A DNA stretch of 64,000 nt, taken from contig NZ_OZ253498.1 of NCBI RefSeq assembly GCF_965262185.1, forward strand, positions 939,820 to 1,003,819, read 5' to 3'. The first letter of the stretch is position 1. Every line of letters starts with the position of its first letter. Position numbers and translations under genes: made by a program. This document shows positions 28,170-37,887 of the stretch, piece by piece. This stretch comes from Candidatus Pelagibacter sp. (GTDB lineage: Bacteria > Pseudomonadota > Alphaproteobacteria > Pelagibacterales > Pelagibacteraceae). A model generated the notes under the pieces. That model saw nothing but the letters and a program-made list of their open reading frames with translations, did no database searches and was not told where the DNA came from.

Positions 28170-29063
28170 ATGTCTAAGCCCATTTCACTATTCAGTGCTT
28201 TGTTATGCACTTTTATATGGGGCACAACTTTTATTGCTCAAGATACTGGAATGGACAACATTGGTCCTTATACTTTTAATGCAGTCAGATTCTTCATTGG
28301 TTTTTTAGTTATTATCCCACTCGTAATTTTATTTGAGTTAAAAAATTTTAAATCAGAATTAAAAACAGATAAAAAAACATTTATAATTTATGTGTCTTTA
28401 ATAGGGTTGTCCTTATTTTTAGGTTCTGCATTACAACAGGTTGCTTTGCTCTATACAGATGTTGCAAATGCAGCCTTTTTTACAATCTTTTATGTACCTA
28501 TGGTCCCTATCATAATTTATTTGTTTGGCAAAAAATCAATTCACTGGAGTGTTTGGCCTTCAGTAATTTTGTGTTTAATTGGAGGATATTTATTAACAAA
28601 TTTTTACGATGCAACTGTTAGGTTGGGAGATACTTTGGTTGTACTAGGAGCTTTATTTTGGAGCACACATATTATATTTACTGGAATTATCATTTCTAAA
28701 TACAATCTTCCACTTACAATTGGAGCAATTCAAACTTTAATCGTAGCTATTTTATCTTTTTTCATTGGAATTCTTTACGAAGAATTCGTTTGGAACAATA
28801 TTCTAATGGAAATATATTCTATATTATATGCTGGAATATTATCTGGAGGATTTGCATTTGTATTACAGATTTACGCACAAAAAAATATTACACCTGCACC
28901 AGCAGCAATTATTTTCTCTCTTGAGGGTGTATTTGCAACTGTAGCAGCATGGTTTATTTTAAATCAAGTATTAGATATAAATAATATATTTGGATGTTTC
29001 TTTATTTTGTGTGGAGTTTTATTATCACAATTACTTCCACTTATAAAAAGAAAAAAAATTTAA
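28170..29063 (+). CDS. EamA/DMT superfamily transporter
   Basis: 297 aa, 10-TM profile with two EamA-like halves. Confidence 0.78.
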   Translation: MSKPISLFSALLCTFIWGTTFIAQDTGMDNIGPYTFNAVRFFIGFLVIIPLVILFELKNFKSELKTDKKTFIIYVSLIGLSLFLGSALQQVALLYTDVANAAFFTIFYVPMVPIIIYLFGKKSIHWSVWPSVILCLIGGYLLTNFYDATVRLGDTLVVLGALFWSTHIIFTGIIISKYNLPLTIGAIQTLIVAILSFFIGILYEEFVWNNILMEIYSILYAGILSGGFAFVLQIYAQKNITPAPAAIIFSLEGVFATVAAWFILNQVLDINNIFGCFFILCGVLLSQLLPLIKRKKI

Positions 29064-29842
29064 TAAATTAAACTAAACAATACTAAAGCAATTATTATTC
29101 TATAAATTACAAATGCATTCATAGAAAACTTATTTATAAATATTAAAAAATATTTAACAGTTAAAAAAGAAAAAATAAAAGAAGATATAATTGCAATAAT
29201 TACCAAATAATTAAATTCTGTTGGTTGATTAAAAATATCTTTTAAACTAAGTACACTTGCACCAGCTAATGCTGGAATAGATAGTAAAAAAGATATTTTA
29301 CTGGAATCCACTCTATTAAATTTCAAAATCCTCGCAGCTGTTATTGTAATACCCGCTCTACTTACCCCTGGTATTAAAGATAAAATTTGCATTATTCCTA
29401 TAAATAGAATTGATTGAATATTTAAATTTGTAGAAATTTTTTTATCAAAACGACTTTTGTCAGAAATATATAAAACAATTGCAAATATTAAAGTTGTCCA
29501 TGCAATTGTTTCAATATTTCGTAAGCTATAAATTAACCCTGTAGTGTATAAAATATATCCAAAGATAATTAATGGAATAGATCCAATAATTATTAAACTT
29601 ATTAATCTTTTATTTTTATTTATGTTTAATAACTCATCTTTAAAGTAATAAACAATTGCAACAAGAGATCCTAAATGAAGACTGATATCAATTAGCAATG
29701 AGCTAGATTTAAATTCATATAAACTTGAAACTAAAATTAAATGTGCAGAAGAACTTATAGGAAGAAATTCCGAAACCCCTTGAATTGCTGAAAGGATTAA
29801 TACTTCTATAATATTCTGAAACATAATTTCTTCGTAGCTCAT
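29060..29842 (-). CDS. uppP: undecaprenyl-diphosphate phosphatase
   Basis: 260 aa with BacA/UppP motifs QGVSEFLPISSSAHL and PGVSRAGITI. Confidence 0.9.
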   Translation of the reverse strand: MSYEEIMFQNIIEVLILSAIQGVSEFLPISSSAHLILVSSLYEFKSSSLLIDISLHLGSLVAIVYYFKDELLNINKNKRLISLIIIGSIPLIIFGYILYTTGLIYSLRNIETIAWTTLIFAIVLYISDKSRFDKKISTNLNIQSILFIGIMQILSLIPGVSRAGITITAARILKFNRVDSSKISFLLSIPALAGASVLSLKDIFNQPTEFNYLVIIAIISSFIFSFLTVKYFLIFINKFSMNAFVIYRIIIALVLFSLIY

Positions 29843-29931
29843 AAAGCTTATATTTCAAACAATACGATTTGATCATAGTAGCTATGCATTCATTAGAAAC
29901 CTGTTTATTTATAACAAAAATGAAAGATTAA

Positions 29932-29950
29932 AGGTCAATAAATATGACCT
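29932..29950. promoter_or_regulatory. inverted repeat aggtca-N7-tgacct upstream of gltD (candidate operator)
   Basis: Perfect 6-bp arms read from the sequence, 57 bp upstream of the preferred gltD ATG (30007). It contains GC-bearing arms in otherwise AT-only DNA. Confidence 0.25.
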
Positions 29951-30006
29951 ATTTAATGCTTTATTTAATAAAATCATTATATAATTTGCCGAAAATTATA
30001 TTTTTT

Positions 30007-31446
30007 ATGACTGACAAAATGTTAAAATTTGTAAAAATAGGTCAACAAACTCCACCTAAAAGAGAAGTTGATCAAAGAAAAAAGGATTTTAACGAGATAT
30101 ATGACGAATATATCAATGAAAAAGCTAAAGAACAATCAAGTAGATGTTCTCAGTGTGGAGTTCCTTTCTGTCAGGTTCATTGTCCTTTAAGTAATAATAT
30201 TCCTGACTGGCTAAAGCTAACTGCAGAGGGAAGATTAAAAGAAGCATACGAGCTTTCCCAAAGCACTAACAATATGCCTGAGGTTTGTGGAAGAATCTGT
30301 CCGCAAGATAGATTGTGTGAGGGGAATTGTGTAATTGAACAGTCTGGTCATGGAACAGTTACAATTGGTTCCGTTGAAAAATATATAACAGATAACGCCT
30401 GGGAACAAGGTTGGGTTAAACCAATTGAAGTTACAAATGAAAAAAATCAAAGTGTTGGAATTATAGGAGCTGGTCCTGCAGGATTAGCCGCGGCAGAACA
30501 GTTAAGAAAAAATGGGTATAAAATTACAGTTTACGATCGTTATGATAGAGCTGGAGGATTATTAATATATGGAATTCCAAATTTTAAATTAGAAAAAGAA
30601 ATAGTTGAAAGACGAACAAAACTTTTAAAAGATGGTGGAATAGAATTCATACAAAATTTCGAAGTTGGCAAGGACGCAAGCTTAGAGCAATTAAGAAAAA
30701 AACATGATGCAGTATTAATTGCAACAGGAGTTTACAAAGCAAGAGAAGTTAATTTACCAGGTAATGATTTAGATAATATTTTTCCAGCAATGGATTTTCT
30801 TACAGCATCAAACAAGAAAGGATTGGGCGATGATGTTGAATTATTTGACAAGGGAATTCTAAATGCTGAGGGAAAAGATGTTGTTGTAATTGGTGGAGGT
30901 GATACAGCAATGGATTGTGTGAGAACTTCAGTAAGACAAAAAGCAAAATCAGTAAAATGCTTATACAGAAGAGATAAAGAAAACATGCCTGGTTCAGCAA
31001 GAGAAGTTGCAAATGCTGAAGAAGAGGGTGTTGAATTTATATGGCTATCTAGTCCTAAAGAATTTAAAGGAACTAATAAGGTAGAAAATTTACTTGTAGA
31101 TCAAATAAAGTTAGGTGAACCAGATGAAACTGGCAGAAGAAAACCTGAAGTACAAGAAGGATCAAGTTATGAAATAAAAGCAGATATGGTTATTAAAGCT
31201 CTTGGATTTGATCCAGAGGATTTACCTAATTTATTTGATAGCAATGAACTTCAAGTTACAAAATGGGGAACAGTAAAAACTGATTTTGATACTATGGAAA
31301 CTAATCTAAGTGGTGTCTTTGCTGCTGGGGATATAGTTAGAGGAGCTTCATTAGTTGTTTGGGCAATCAAAGATGGGAGAGACGCAGCAGATTCCATAAA
31401 AAATTATTTAGAAACAAAATCCAAAAATGAGAAAAAAGTTGCTTAA
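30007..31446 (+). CDS. gltD: glutamate synthase (NADPH) small subunit
   Basis: Start set at MTDKMLKFV. Has the Fe-S cluster region RCSQCGVPFCQVHCP...CGRICPQDRLCEGNC, FAD/NAD folds GIIGAGPAGLAAA and VVVIGGGDTAMDC. Confidence 0.92.
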   Translation: MTDKMLKFVKIGQQTPPKREVDQRKKDFNEIYDEYINEKAKEQSSRCSQCGVPFCQVHCPLSNNIPDWLKLTAEGRLKEAYELSQSTNNMPEVCGRICPQDRLCEGNCVIEQSGHGTVTIGSVEKYITDNAWEQGWVKPIEVTNEKNQSVGIIGAGPAGLAAAEQLRKNGYKITVYDRYDRAGGLLIYGIPNFKLEKEIVERRTKLLKDGGIEFIQNFEVGKDASLEQLRKKHDAVLIATGVYKAREVNLPGNDLDNIFPAMDFLTASNKKGLGDDVELFDKGILNAEGKDVVVIGGGDTAMDCVRTSVRQKAKSVKCLYRRDKENMPGSAREVANAEEEGVEFIWLSSPKEFKGTNKVENLLVDQIKLGEPDETGRRKPEVQEGSSYEIKADMVIKALGFDPEDLPNLFDSNELQVTKWGTVKTDFDTMETNLSGVFAAGDIVRGASLVVWAIKDGRDAADSIKNYLETKSKNEKKVA

Positions 31447-34400
31447 TGAAAACATATAAAAAAAATTTTGATCTACTTAAGAAAAACAATGTCTATTTTG
31501 AGGATATGGAGCATGATGCTTGTGGAGTAGGTTTAATAGCTTCAACAGAGGGGAAAAAATCCAGAAATGTGGTTAAATATGGAATTGAAGCTTTAAAAGC
31601 TGTTTGGCATAGGGGCGCGGTAGATGCTGATGGGAAAACAGGAGATGGAGCTGGAATTCACGTAGAAATTCCAAAAGATTTTTTTATTGAGAAAATTGAG
31701 GTTACAGGACACACACACGATAATTCTGAAATCTGCGTAGGAATGATTTTTCTTCCACGTAATGACTATGCAGCACAAGAGAGCTGTAAAACAATTGTTG
31801 AAAGCGAACTAACGAAAAATGATTTTAATATTTATGGCTGGAGACAAGTTCCTGTCAATCCTAAGGTTTTAGGTGAAAAAGCTTTTCAAACTATGCCTGA
31901 AATTATTCAGGTACTTTTCAAACCTCATAATAAAGAACTTACAAATAAAGATTTGGAGAGAAAAATTTATGAGACAAGAAGAAAAATCGAAAACGAAGCT
32001 TTCAAAAAATCATTAAACAATTTTTATATTTGTTCGTTAAGTTCAAAGTCAATTATTTACAAAGGAATGTTTTTAGCTGAAGCAATTTCAGAATTTTATT
32101 TAGATTTAAATGATGAAAGATTTGTATCAAGATACGCAATATTTCATCAGCGGTTTTCAACCAACACGGCTCCAAGCTGGAATCTTGCTCAACCATTCAG
32201 AGCAATTGCACATAATGGAGAAATTAATACTTATAGAGGAAATAAAAATTGGATGAAAGTTCATGAGCAAGAAATGAATAGTCCATTATTTGATGATGTA
32301 GAAAATCTTAAGCCAGTTATTCAGCAAGGAGCCTCAGATTCTGCAGCTTTAGATAATGTTTTCGAATTATTAAACATTTCAGGTCAACCTGCACCATTAG
32401 CTAAATTAATGTTAGTTCCTGATGCATGGTCTAAGAAAAATAAGACTTTGCCAAAAGATCATCAGCAATTATTTAATTTTTTAAATAGCACAATGGAACC
32501 TTGGGATGGACCTGCCGCTATAGCTGGAACTGACAATGAGTGGGTTATTGCAGCAAACGATAGAAATGGATTAAGACCTCTAAGATATGCAATCACAAAG
32601 GATAAATTATTGTTTGCAGGCTCAGAAACTGGGATGATAGAGCTAAATGAAAAAAGAATTTTATCAAAAGGAAGATTAGGTCCTGGAGAAATTATAGGAG
32701 TAAGAATCGAAAAAGGTAAAGTATTTACTAATAAACAAATTAAGGATTACTTAGCAAAAGAGTATAAACATTTTAATTCACAAATTATTGATTTAGATGA
32801 CAAGCTAACGATTGAGAATGAAAATAATTCTTTTTCAGGAGATGATTTAAGAAGAAGACAGTATACTTTTGGAATTAGTTTAGAGGATCTTGAATTAATT
32901 TTACACCCTATGGCTGAGGATGCAAAAGAGGCTACAGGGTCTATGGGTGATGACACTCCTTTAGCTGTGCTCTCAGATAAATATAGACCTCTGTATCATT
33001 TTTTTAGACAAAATTTTAGCCAAGTTACAAATCCACCAATAGACTCTTTGAGAGAAAACAAAGTGATGAGTTTAAAAACAAGATTTGGAAATCTAGGCAA
33101 TATTCTAGATTTTGATAATTTAACAAAACAGAATATTTATGTCCTTAACAGCCCAATTTTATCTAATTCTCAGTTTGAAAAATTCATCAATTTTTTTGGA
33201 AATAATTCAACAATAATTGATTGTACCTTTGAAGAAAGTAATAGTTTATACGAAGCTATTAAAAAAATTCAAAAAGATGCGGAAATTGCTGTTAGACAAG
33301 GTGTTACACAATTAATTCTTAGCGATAAAGATTTATCAATATCAAAACTTCCAATTCCAATGCTGCTTGCAGTTGGTGCAATCAACTCTTTTTTAATTGA
33401 GAAAAAATTAAGAGGCTATGTGTCAATCAATGTCCAATCTGGAGAAGCATTAGATACTCACTCTTTTGCAACTTTAATTGGTGTTGGAGCAACAACAGTA
33501 AATCCTTATTTGGCGTTCGACAGTTTATATCAAAGATTTGAAAAAAAATTATTTGGAAAGTTTAGTTTTGAAGAATGTGTTGAAAGATACATTAAATCTG
33601 TAAATGCAGGTTTATTAAAAATCATGTCTAAGATGGGTATTTCTGTTTTAAGTTCTTACAGAGGTGGATGCAATTTTGAGACTGTTGGATTAAGCAGAAC
33701 TATTGTTTCAGATTATTTTCCAGGAGTTGTGTCTAAAATTTCTGGTATTGGACTTACTGGAATCGAAAAAAAAATTAGAGCAATTCATAAAGAAGCATTT
33801 GAAAGCACAGATACAATTCTTCCTATCGGAGGTATTTATAGATATAGAAAAAATGGAGAAACACACCAATATCAAGGGAAACTTATACATTTACTTCAAA
33901 GTGCAGTTGGTTCTAATTCTTATGACGCTTATAAAAGATATGTAGAAGGTATTTATAATTTACCACCAATAAATTTAAGGGACTTAATTGATTTCAGAGA
34001 AAAAAAATTAAAGGGATCAATAGATATTTCACAAGTAGAACCAATAGAAAATATTTTAAAAAGATTTGGCAGTGGAAGCATGTCTCATGGCGCTTTATCT
34101 AAAGAGGCGCATGAAACTTTAGCTACAGGCATGAATAGAATTAAAGGAGCTTCTTGTAGTGGTGAAGGTGGTGAAGATGAAAAAAGATTTAAAGTGTTAG
34201 ATAACGGAGATAGTGCAAACTCAAGAGTAAAGCAAATAGCTTCAGCAAGATTTGGTGTAACAGTTAATTATTTAAACAATTGCAATGAGATTGAAATAAA
34301 AATTGCACAAGGTGCAAAGCCAGGAGAAGGTGGACAACTCCCAGGTTTCAAAGTTACTGATGAAATAGCAAGGTTAAGACATTCAACGCCTGGAGTAACA

Positions 34401-35951
34401 CTAATTTCTCCTCCTCCACACCACGATATTTATTCAATTGAAGATCTTGCGCAGCTTATTTATGATTTAAAACAGATTAATCCAAAAGCAAGAATTGGAG
34501 TAAAACTAGTTGCTTCCTCAGGAGTTGGGACTATTGCAGCAGGAGTTGCCAAAGCAAAAGCAGACATAATATTAATTTCAGGACATAACGGTGGAACTGG
34601 AGCTACCCCGCAAACAAGTGTAAAGTACGTAGGCATTCCATGGGAGATGGGATTAACAGAGGCTAATCAGGTTTTAACATTAAATAATCTTAGACATAAA
34701 GTTACACTTAGAACTGATGGGGGGATTAAAACAGGTAGAGATGTTGTTATAGCAGCTATGATGGGAGCAGAAGAGTATGGAGTTGCAACAACTGCTCTAG
34801 TTGCAATGGGATGCATAATGGTAAGACAATGTCATTCGAACACATGCCCCGTTGGTGTCTGTACTCAAGATGAAAAATTAAGAGAAAAATTTACTGGAAC
34901 ACCAGATAAGGTTGTTAATCTATTTACGTTTATAGCAAGTGAGGTTAGAGAAATTTTAGCTAGATTAGGTTTTAAATCATTAAATGATATTATTGGTAGA
35001 ACTGATTTACTTAGACAAGTTAGTAAGGGTTCAGATAATTTAGATGATTTAGATTTAAATCCTTTATTTGTTCAAGCAGATAACGGGAACAATACTAGAT
35101 ACTGTGAAAATCAAGAAATTAATTCGGTACCAGATACCCTAGACCAAGAAATATGGCCTGAGATTGAAAAGGCTTTAGATAATTCTGAAAAAATTGAAAA
35201 AGAATATTTAATTAAAAATACTCACAGAGCGGTTGGGACAAGAATTTCTCATCATTTATATAAAAAATATGGCTATGAAAAACTTGATGATAATTTTTTA
35301 GTATTAAACTTTAAAGGATCAGCTGGCCAATCTTTTGGAGCCTTTTCATCCAAAGGTTTGAAGTTGGTATTAAAAGGGGATGCAAACGATTATGTCGGCA
35401 AAGGTCTTTCAGGAGCTACAATTTCTATAAGACTACCAGAGGAAAGTAACTTAGTTTCGAATGAAAATACTATCTTAGGAAATACAGTTCTATACGGAGC
35501 AACATCTGGAAAACTTTTTGCAGCTGGTCAAGCCGGTGAAAGATTCTCTGTAAGAAATTCAGGTGCAGTTACGGTTATTGAGGGATGTGACTCGAATGGT
35601 TGTGAGTATATGACTGGTGGCACAGTAGTAATTCTTGGAGATGTTGGAGATAACTTTGCTGCTGGTATGACAGGTGGTATGGCATTTATCTATGACAAAT
35701 CACAAGAATTTGAAAAAAAAGTAAACCCAGAGTCAGTTGTTTGGCAGAATGTTGAAACAGATTATTGGAAAGAAAATTTAAAAAATTTAATCAAAGAACA
35801 CCATGAAGAGACAGGATCTTTGTTATCTAAAGAAATAATCAAAAATTATGATAATGAAATTAATAATTTCATTCAAGTTTGTCCTAAAGAAATGTTAGAT
35901 AAACTAAAAAACCCTATCAGTTTAAAAAAAGTTATAAAAGAAGTTAGTTAA
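31446..35951 (+). CDS. gltB: glutamate synthase large subunit
   Basis: 1501 aa with an Ntn amidotransferase start (HDACGVGLIA), an FMN/3Fe-4S domain (CIMVRQCHSNTCPVGVCTQ) and a C-terminal GXGXG beta-helix. The ATG overlaps the gltD TAA. Confidence 0.97.
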   Translation: MKTYKKNFDLLKKNNVYFEDMEHDACGVGLIASTEGKKSRNVVKYGIEALKAVWHRGAVDADGKTGDGAGIHVEIPKDFFIEKIEVTGHTHDNSEICVGMIFLPRNDYAAQESCKTIVESELTKNDFNIYGWRQVPVNPKVLGEKAFQTMPEIIQVLFKPHNKELTNKDLERKIYETRRKIENEAFKKSLNNFYICSLSSKSIIYKGMFLAEAISEFYLDLNDERFVSRYAIFHQRFSTNTAPSWNLAQPFRAIAHNGEINTYRGNKNWMKVHEQEMNSPLFDDVENLKPVIQQGASDSAALDNVFELLNISGQPAPLAKLMLVPDAWSKKNKTLPKDHQQLFNFLNSTMEPWDGPAAIAGTDNEWVIAANDRNGLRPLRYAITKDKLLFAGSETGMIELNEKRILSKGRLGPGEIIGVRIEKGKVFTNKQIKDYLAKEYKHFNSQIIDLDDKLTIENENNSFSGDDLRRRQYTFGISLEDLELILHPMAEDAKEATGSMGDDTPLAVLSDKYRPLYHFFRQNFSQVTNPPIDSLRENKVMSLKTRFGNLGNILDFDNLTKQNIYVLNSPILSNSQFEKFINFFGNNSTIIDCTFEESNSLYEAIKKIQKDAEIAVRQGVTQLILSDKDLSISKLPIPMLLAVGAINSFLIEKKLRGYVSINVQSGEALDTHSFATLIGVGATTVNPYLAFDSLYQRFEKKLFGKFSFEECVERYIKSVNAGLLKIMSKMGISVLSSYRGGCNFETVGLSRTIVSDYFPGVVSKISGIGLTGIEKKIRAIHKEAFESTDTILPIGGIYRYRKNGETHQYQGKLIHLLQSAVGSNSYDAYKRYVEGIYNLPPINLRDLIDFREKKLKGSIDISQVEPIENILKRFGSGSMSHGALSKEAHETLATGMNRIKGASCSGEGGEDEKRFKVLDNGDSANSRVKQIASARFGVTVNYLNNCNEIEIKIAQGAKPGEGGQLPGFKVTDEIARLRHSTPGVTLISPPPHHDIYSIEDLAQLIYDLKQINPKARIGVKLVASSGVGTIAAGVAKAKADIILISGHNGGTGATPQTSVKYVGIPWEMGLTEANQVLTLNNLRHKVTLRTDGGIKTGRDVVIAAMMGAEEYGVATTALVAMGCIMVRQCHSNTCPVGVCTQDEKLREKFTGTPDKVVNLFTFIASEVREILARLGFKSLNDIIGRTDLLRQVSKGSDNLDDLDLNPLFVQADNGNNTRYCENQEINSVPDTLDQEIWPEIEKALDNSEKIEKEYLIKNTHRAVGTRISHHLYKKYGYEKLDDNFLVLNFKGSAGQSFGAFSSKGLKLVLKGDANDYVGKGLSGATISIRLPEESNLVSNENTILGNTVLYGATSGKLFAAGQAGERFSVRNSGAVTVIEGCDSNGCEYMTGGTVVILGDVGDNFAAGMTGGMAFIYDKSQEFEKKVNPESVVWQNVETDYWKENLKNLIKEHHEETGSLLSKEIIKNYDNEINNFIQVCPKEMLDKLKNPISLKKVIKEVS

Positions 35952-36690
35952 TTAATAATTTTAATTCTTTTAAAATTATATTAAGCCACCTCTTGTTAGA
36001 TAAGCTATGGTCACCTTTTTTTACAATGATTAATTTCTTTTTTGCTTTTGGAAATAGTTTTAACACTTTTCTAGAATAACTTACCGGCACAGCTTCATCA
36101 TTTTCACCGTGCACCATGGTAACATTAATTTTTGAATTTATTTTTTTATTTAAAACTCTATTTTTTCTTCCATCTTTTATAAGTTGATATGTAATTGGAT
36201 ACTCATAATTCCCATGTTTAAGATGATATATGCCTTTTTGGATTGTTTCTTGCTTTATTTTTTTTGAAAATTTTTTCCACATCAAATTTTCTAAAAACTC
36301 AGGTGCTGATCCAATACCTAAATATCCCATAATTTGTTTTTTAAATATTTTGAATTGTTTTAAAGCAATCCATGCGCCCATACTTGAACCAATGAGATAA
36401 AAGTTATCATTTTTTATATATTTATTTATCAATATAGAAGTTTCTTTGCTCCATTTTGAAATATTTCCATTTGTGAATTTACCTGTAGATTTTCCATGAC
36501 CCGAATACTCTAAAGCAAGAAAACTTATTTTATTTTTTCTTGCAAATTTTAAAAAAGCTTCTGGCTTTTTTCCTTCAAGATCTGACATAAATCCATGTAA
36601 AAAAACTATGAATGGAGAATTTTTATAAATTTTACAAATATGTCTAATTTTCTTAGTCTTTGAAATTTTGTGGAATCTGAAATTTGCCAT
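35944..36690 (-). CDS. alpha/beta hydrolase
   Basis: 248 aa with FLHGFMSD, the nucleophile elbow GSSMGAW and the late HGENDEAVP ... GDHSL. Confidence 0.7.
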   Translation of the reverse strand: MANFRFHKISKTKKIRHICKIYKNSPFIVFLHGFMSDLEGKKPEAFLKFARKNKISFLALEYSGHGKSTGKFTNGNISKWSKETSILINKYIKNDNFYLIGSSMGAWIALKQFKIFKKQIMGYLGIGSAPEFLENLMWKKFSKKIKQETIQKGIYHLKHGNYEYPITYQLIKDGRKNRVLNKKINSKINVTMVHGENDEAVPVSYSRKVLKLFPKAKKKLIIVKKGDHSLSNKRWLNIILKELKLLIN

Positions 36691-36732
36691 AATCGTTTAT
36701 AAGAGTTGATAATTAATATATAACCATATCAA

Positions 36733-37887
36733 ATGTCATCTAATTTAAAAGTTTTGCAAGTAATACCAAAACTTGGATATGGCGGGGCAGAGACTGGTTG
36801 TTATGATATTGCTCACTATTTGCCAGAAAACGGTTGTAAATCATTTATAGTTACTAGTGGCGGTGAGTTGCTTAAATTTATAGATAAAAAAAAAGTAAAA
36901 GTTTTTAGACTTCCAGTTCAAAGTAAAAATCCAATATTAATTTTAATTAATGCAATAATTTTAACTTTTATCATTTTATTTAATAATATTTCGATAGTAC
37001 ACGCCAGAAGCAGAGCGCCTGCATGGTCTTGTTTAATAGCCTCCAAGATAACAAGTAGAAAGTTTGTGACTACATTTCATGGAACTTATAATTTTAAAAG
37101 TAGTTTGAAAAAATTATATAATTCAGTAATGGTTCGATCTGATTTAATTATTGCAGGCTCAAATTTTATTTTTTCACACATCAAAGAAAACTATTCAAAT
37201 TACTTAAATCAAAAAAAAAAATTATTAGTAGTATTTAGAGGAATTAATGTTGATTATTTTGACCCTACCACAAAACTTGAAACTGAAGAGAAAAAATTAT
37301 TAAAACAATGGGAAATAGAAAAAGATAAAAAGATTATACTTTTGCCTGGTAGATTAACTACCTGGAAAGGACAAGAGATATTTATTGAAGCAATCAATCT
37401 TGTAAATATTGAGTTAGGTTATGAGGCATTTTATGCTGTTATCCTTGGAAGTGATCAGGGAAGAGATTTGTATAAAAAAAAACTAATAAGGCTTTCAGAA
37501 CAATATAGGTTGACTAAACAGCTAAGATTTATCGATCACTGTAAAGATATGGCTTTAGCTTACAAAGTTTCTGACATTATTGTATCAGCCTCTATTGAAC
37601 CAGAAGCTTTTGGTAGAGTTGCTGTGGAGGCCCAGTCTATGGAGAAACCAATTATTGCGAGTAATATTGGTGGCTCTAATGAGACTGTCGTTGACGAAAA
37701 AACAGGCTATTTATTTAAAGCGGGTGATGCAAAGTCTTTAAGTCAGAAAATTTTAAAAACGCTGACAATTGACGAAACCCAATTAAAATTAATTGGTGTT
37801 GAAGGAAGAAAAAATATAGTTCAAAAATTTAATGTTGAAAAAATGTGCTTTTCTACTTATTCAGAGTATAAAAGATTAATAAATTAA
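36733..37887 (+). CDS. glycosyltransferase family 4 (GT-B, group 1)
   Basis: 384 aa with an N-terminal GGAE motif (LGYGGAETG) and the C-terminal EPEAFGRVAVEAQSMEKPIIASNIGG (E-x7-E). Confidence 0.8.
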   Translation: MSSNLKVLQVIPKLGYGGAETGCYDIAHYLPENGCKSFIVTSGGELLKFIDKKKVKVFRLPVQSKNPILILINAIILTFIILFNNISIVHARSRAPAWSCLIASKITSRKFVTTFHGTYNFKSSLKKLYNSVMVRSDLIIAGSNFIFSHIKENYSNYLNQKKKLLVVFRGINVDYFDPTTKLETEEKKLLKQWEIEKDKKIILLPGRLTTWKGQEIFIEAINLVNIELGYEAFYAVILGSDQGRDLYKKKLIRLSEQYRLTKQLRFIDHCKDMALAYKVSDIIVSASIEPEAFGRVAVEAQSMEKPIIASNIGGSNETVVDEKTGYLFKAGDAKSLSQKILKTLTIDETQLKLIGVEGRKNIVQKFNVEKMCFSTYSEYKRLIN

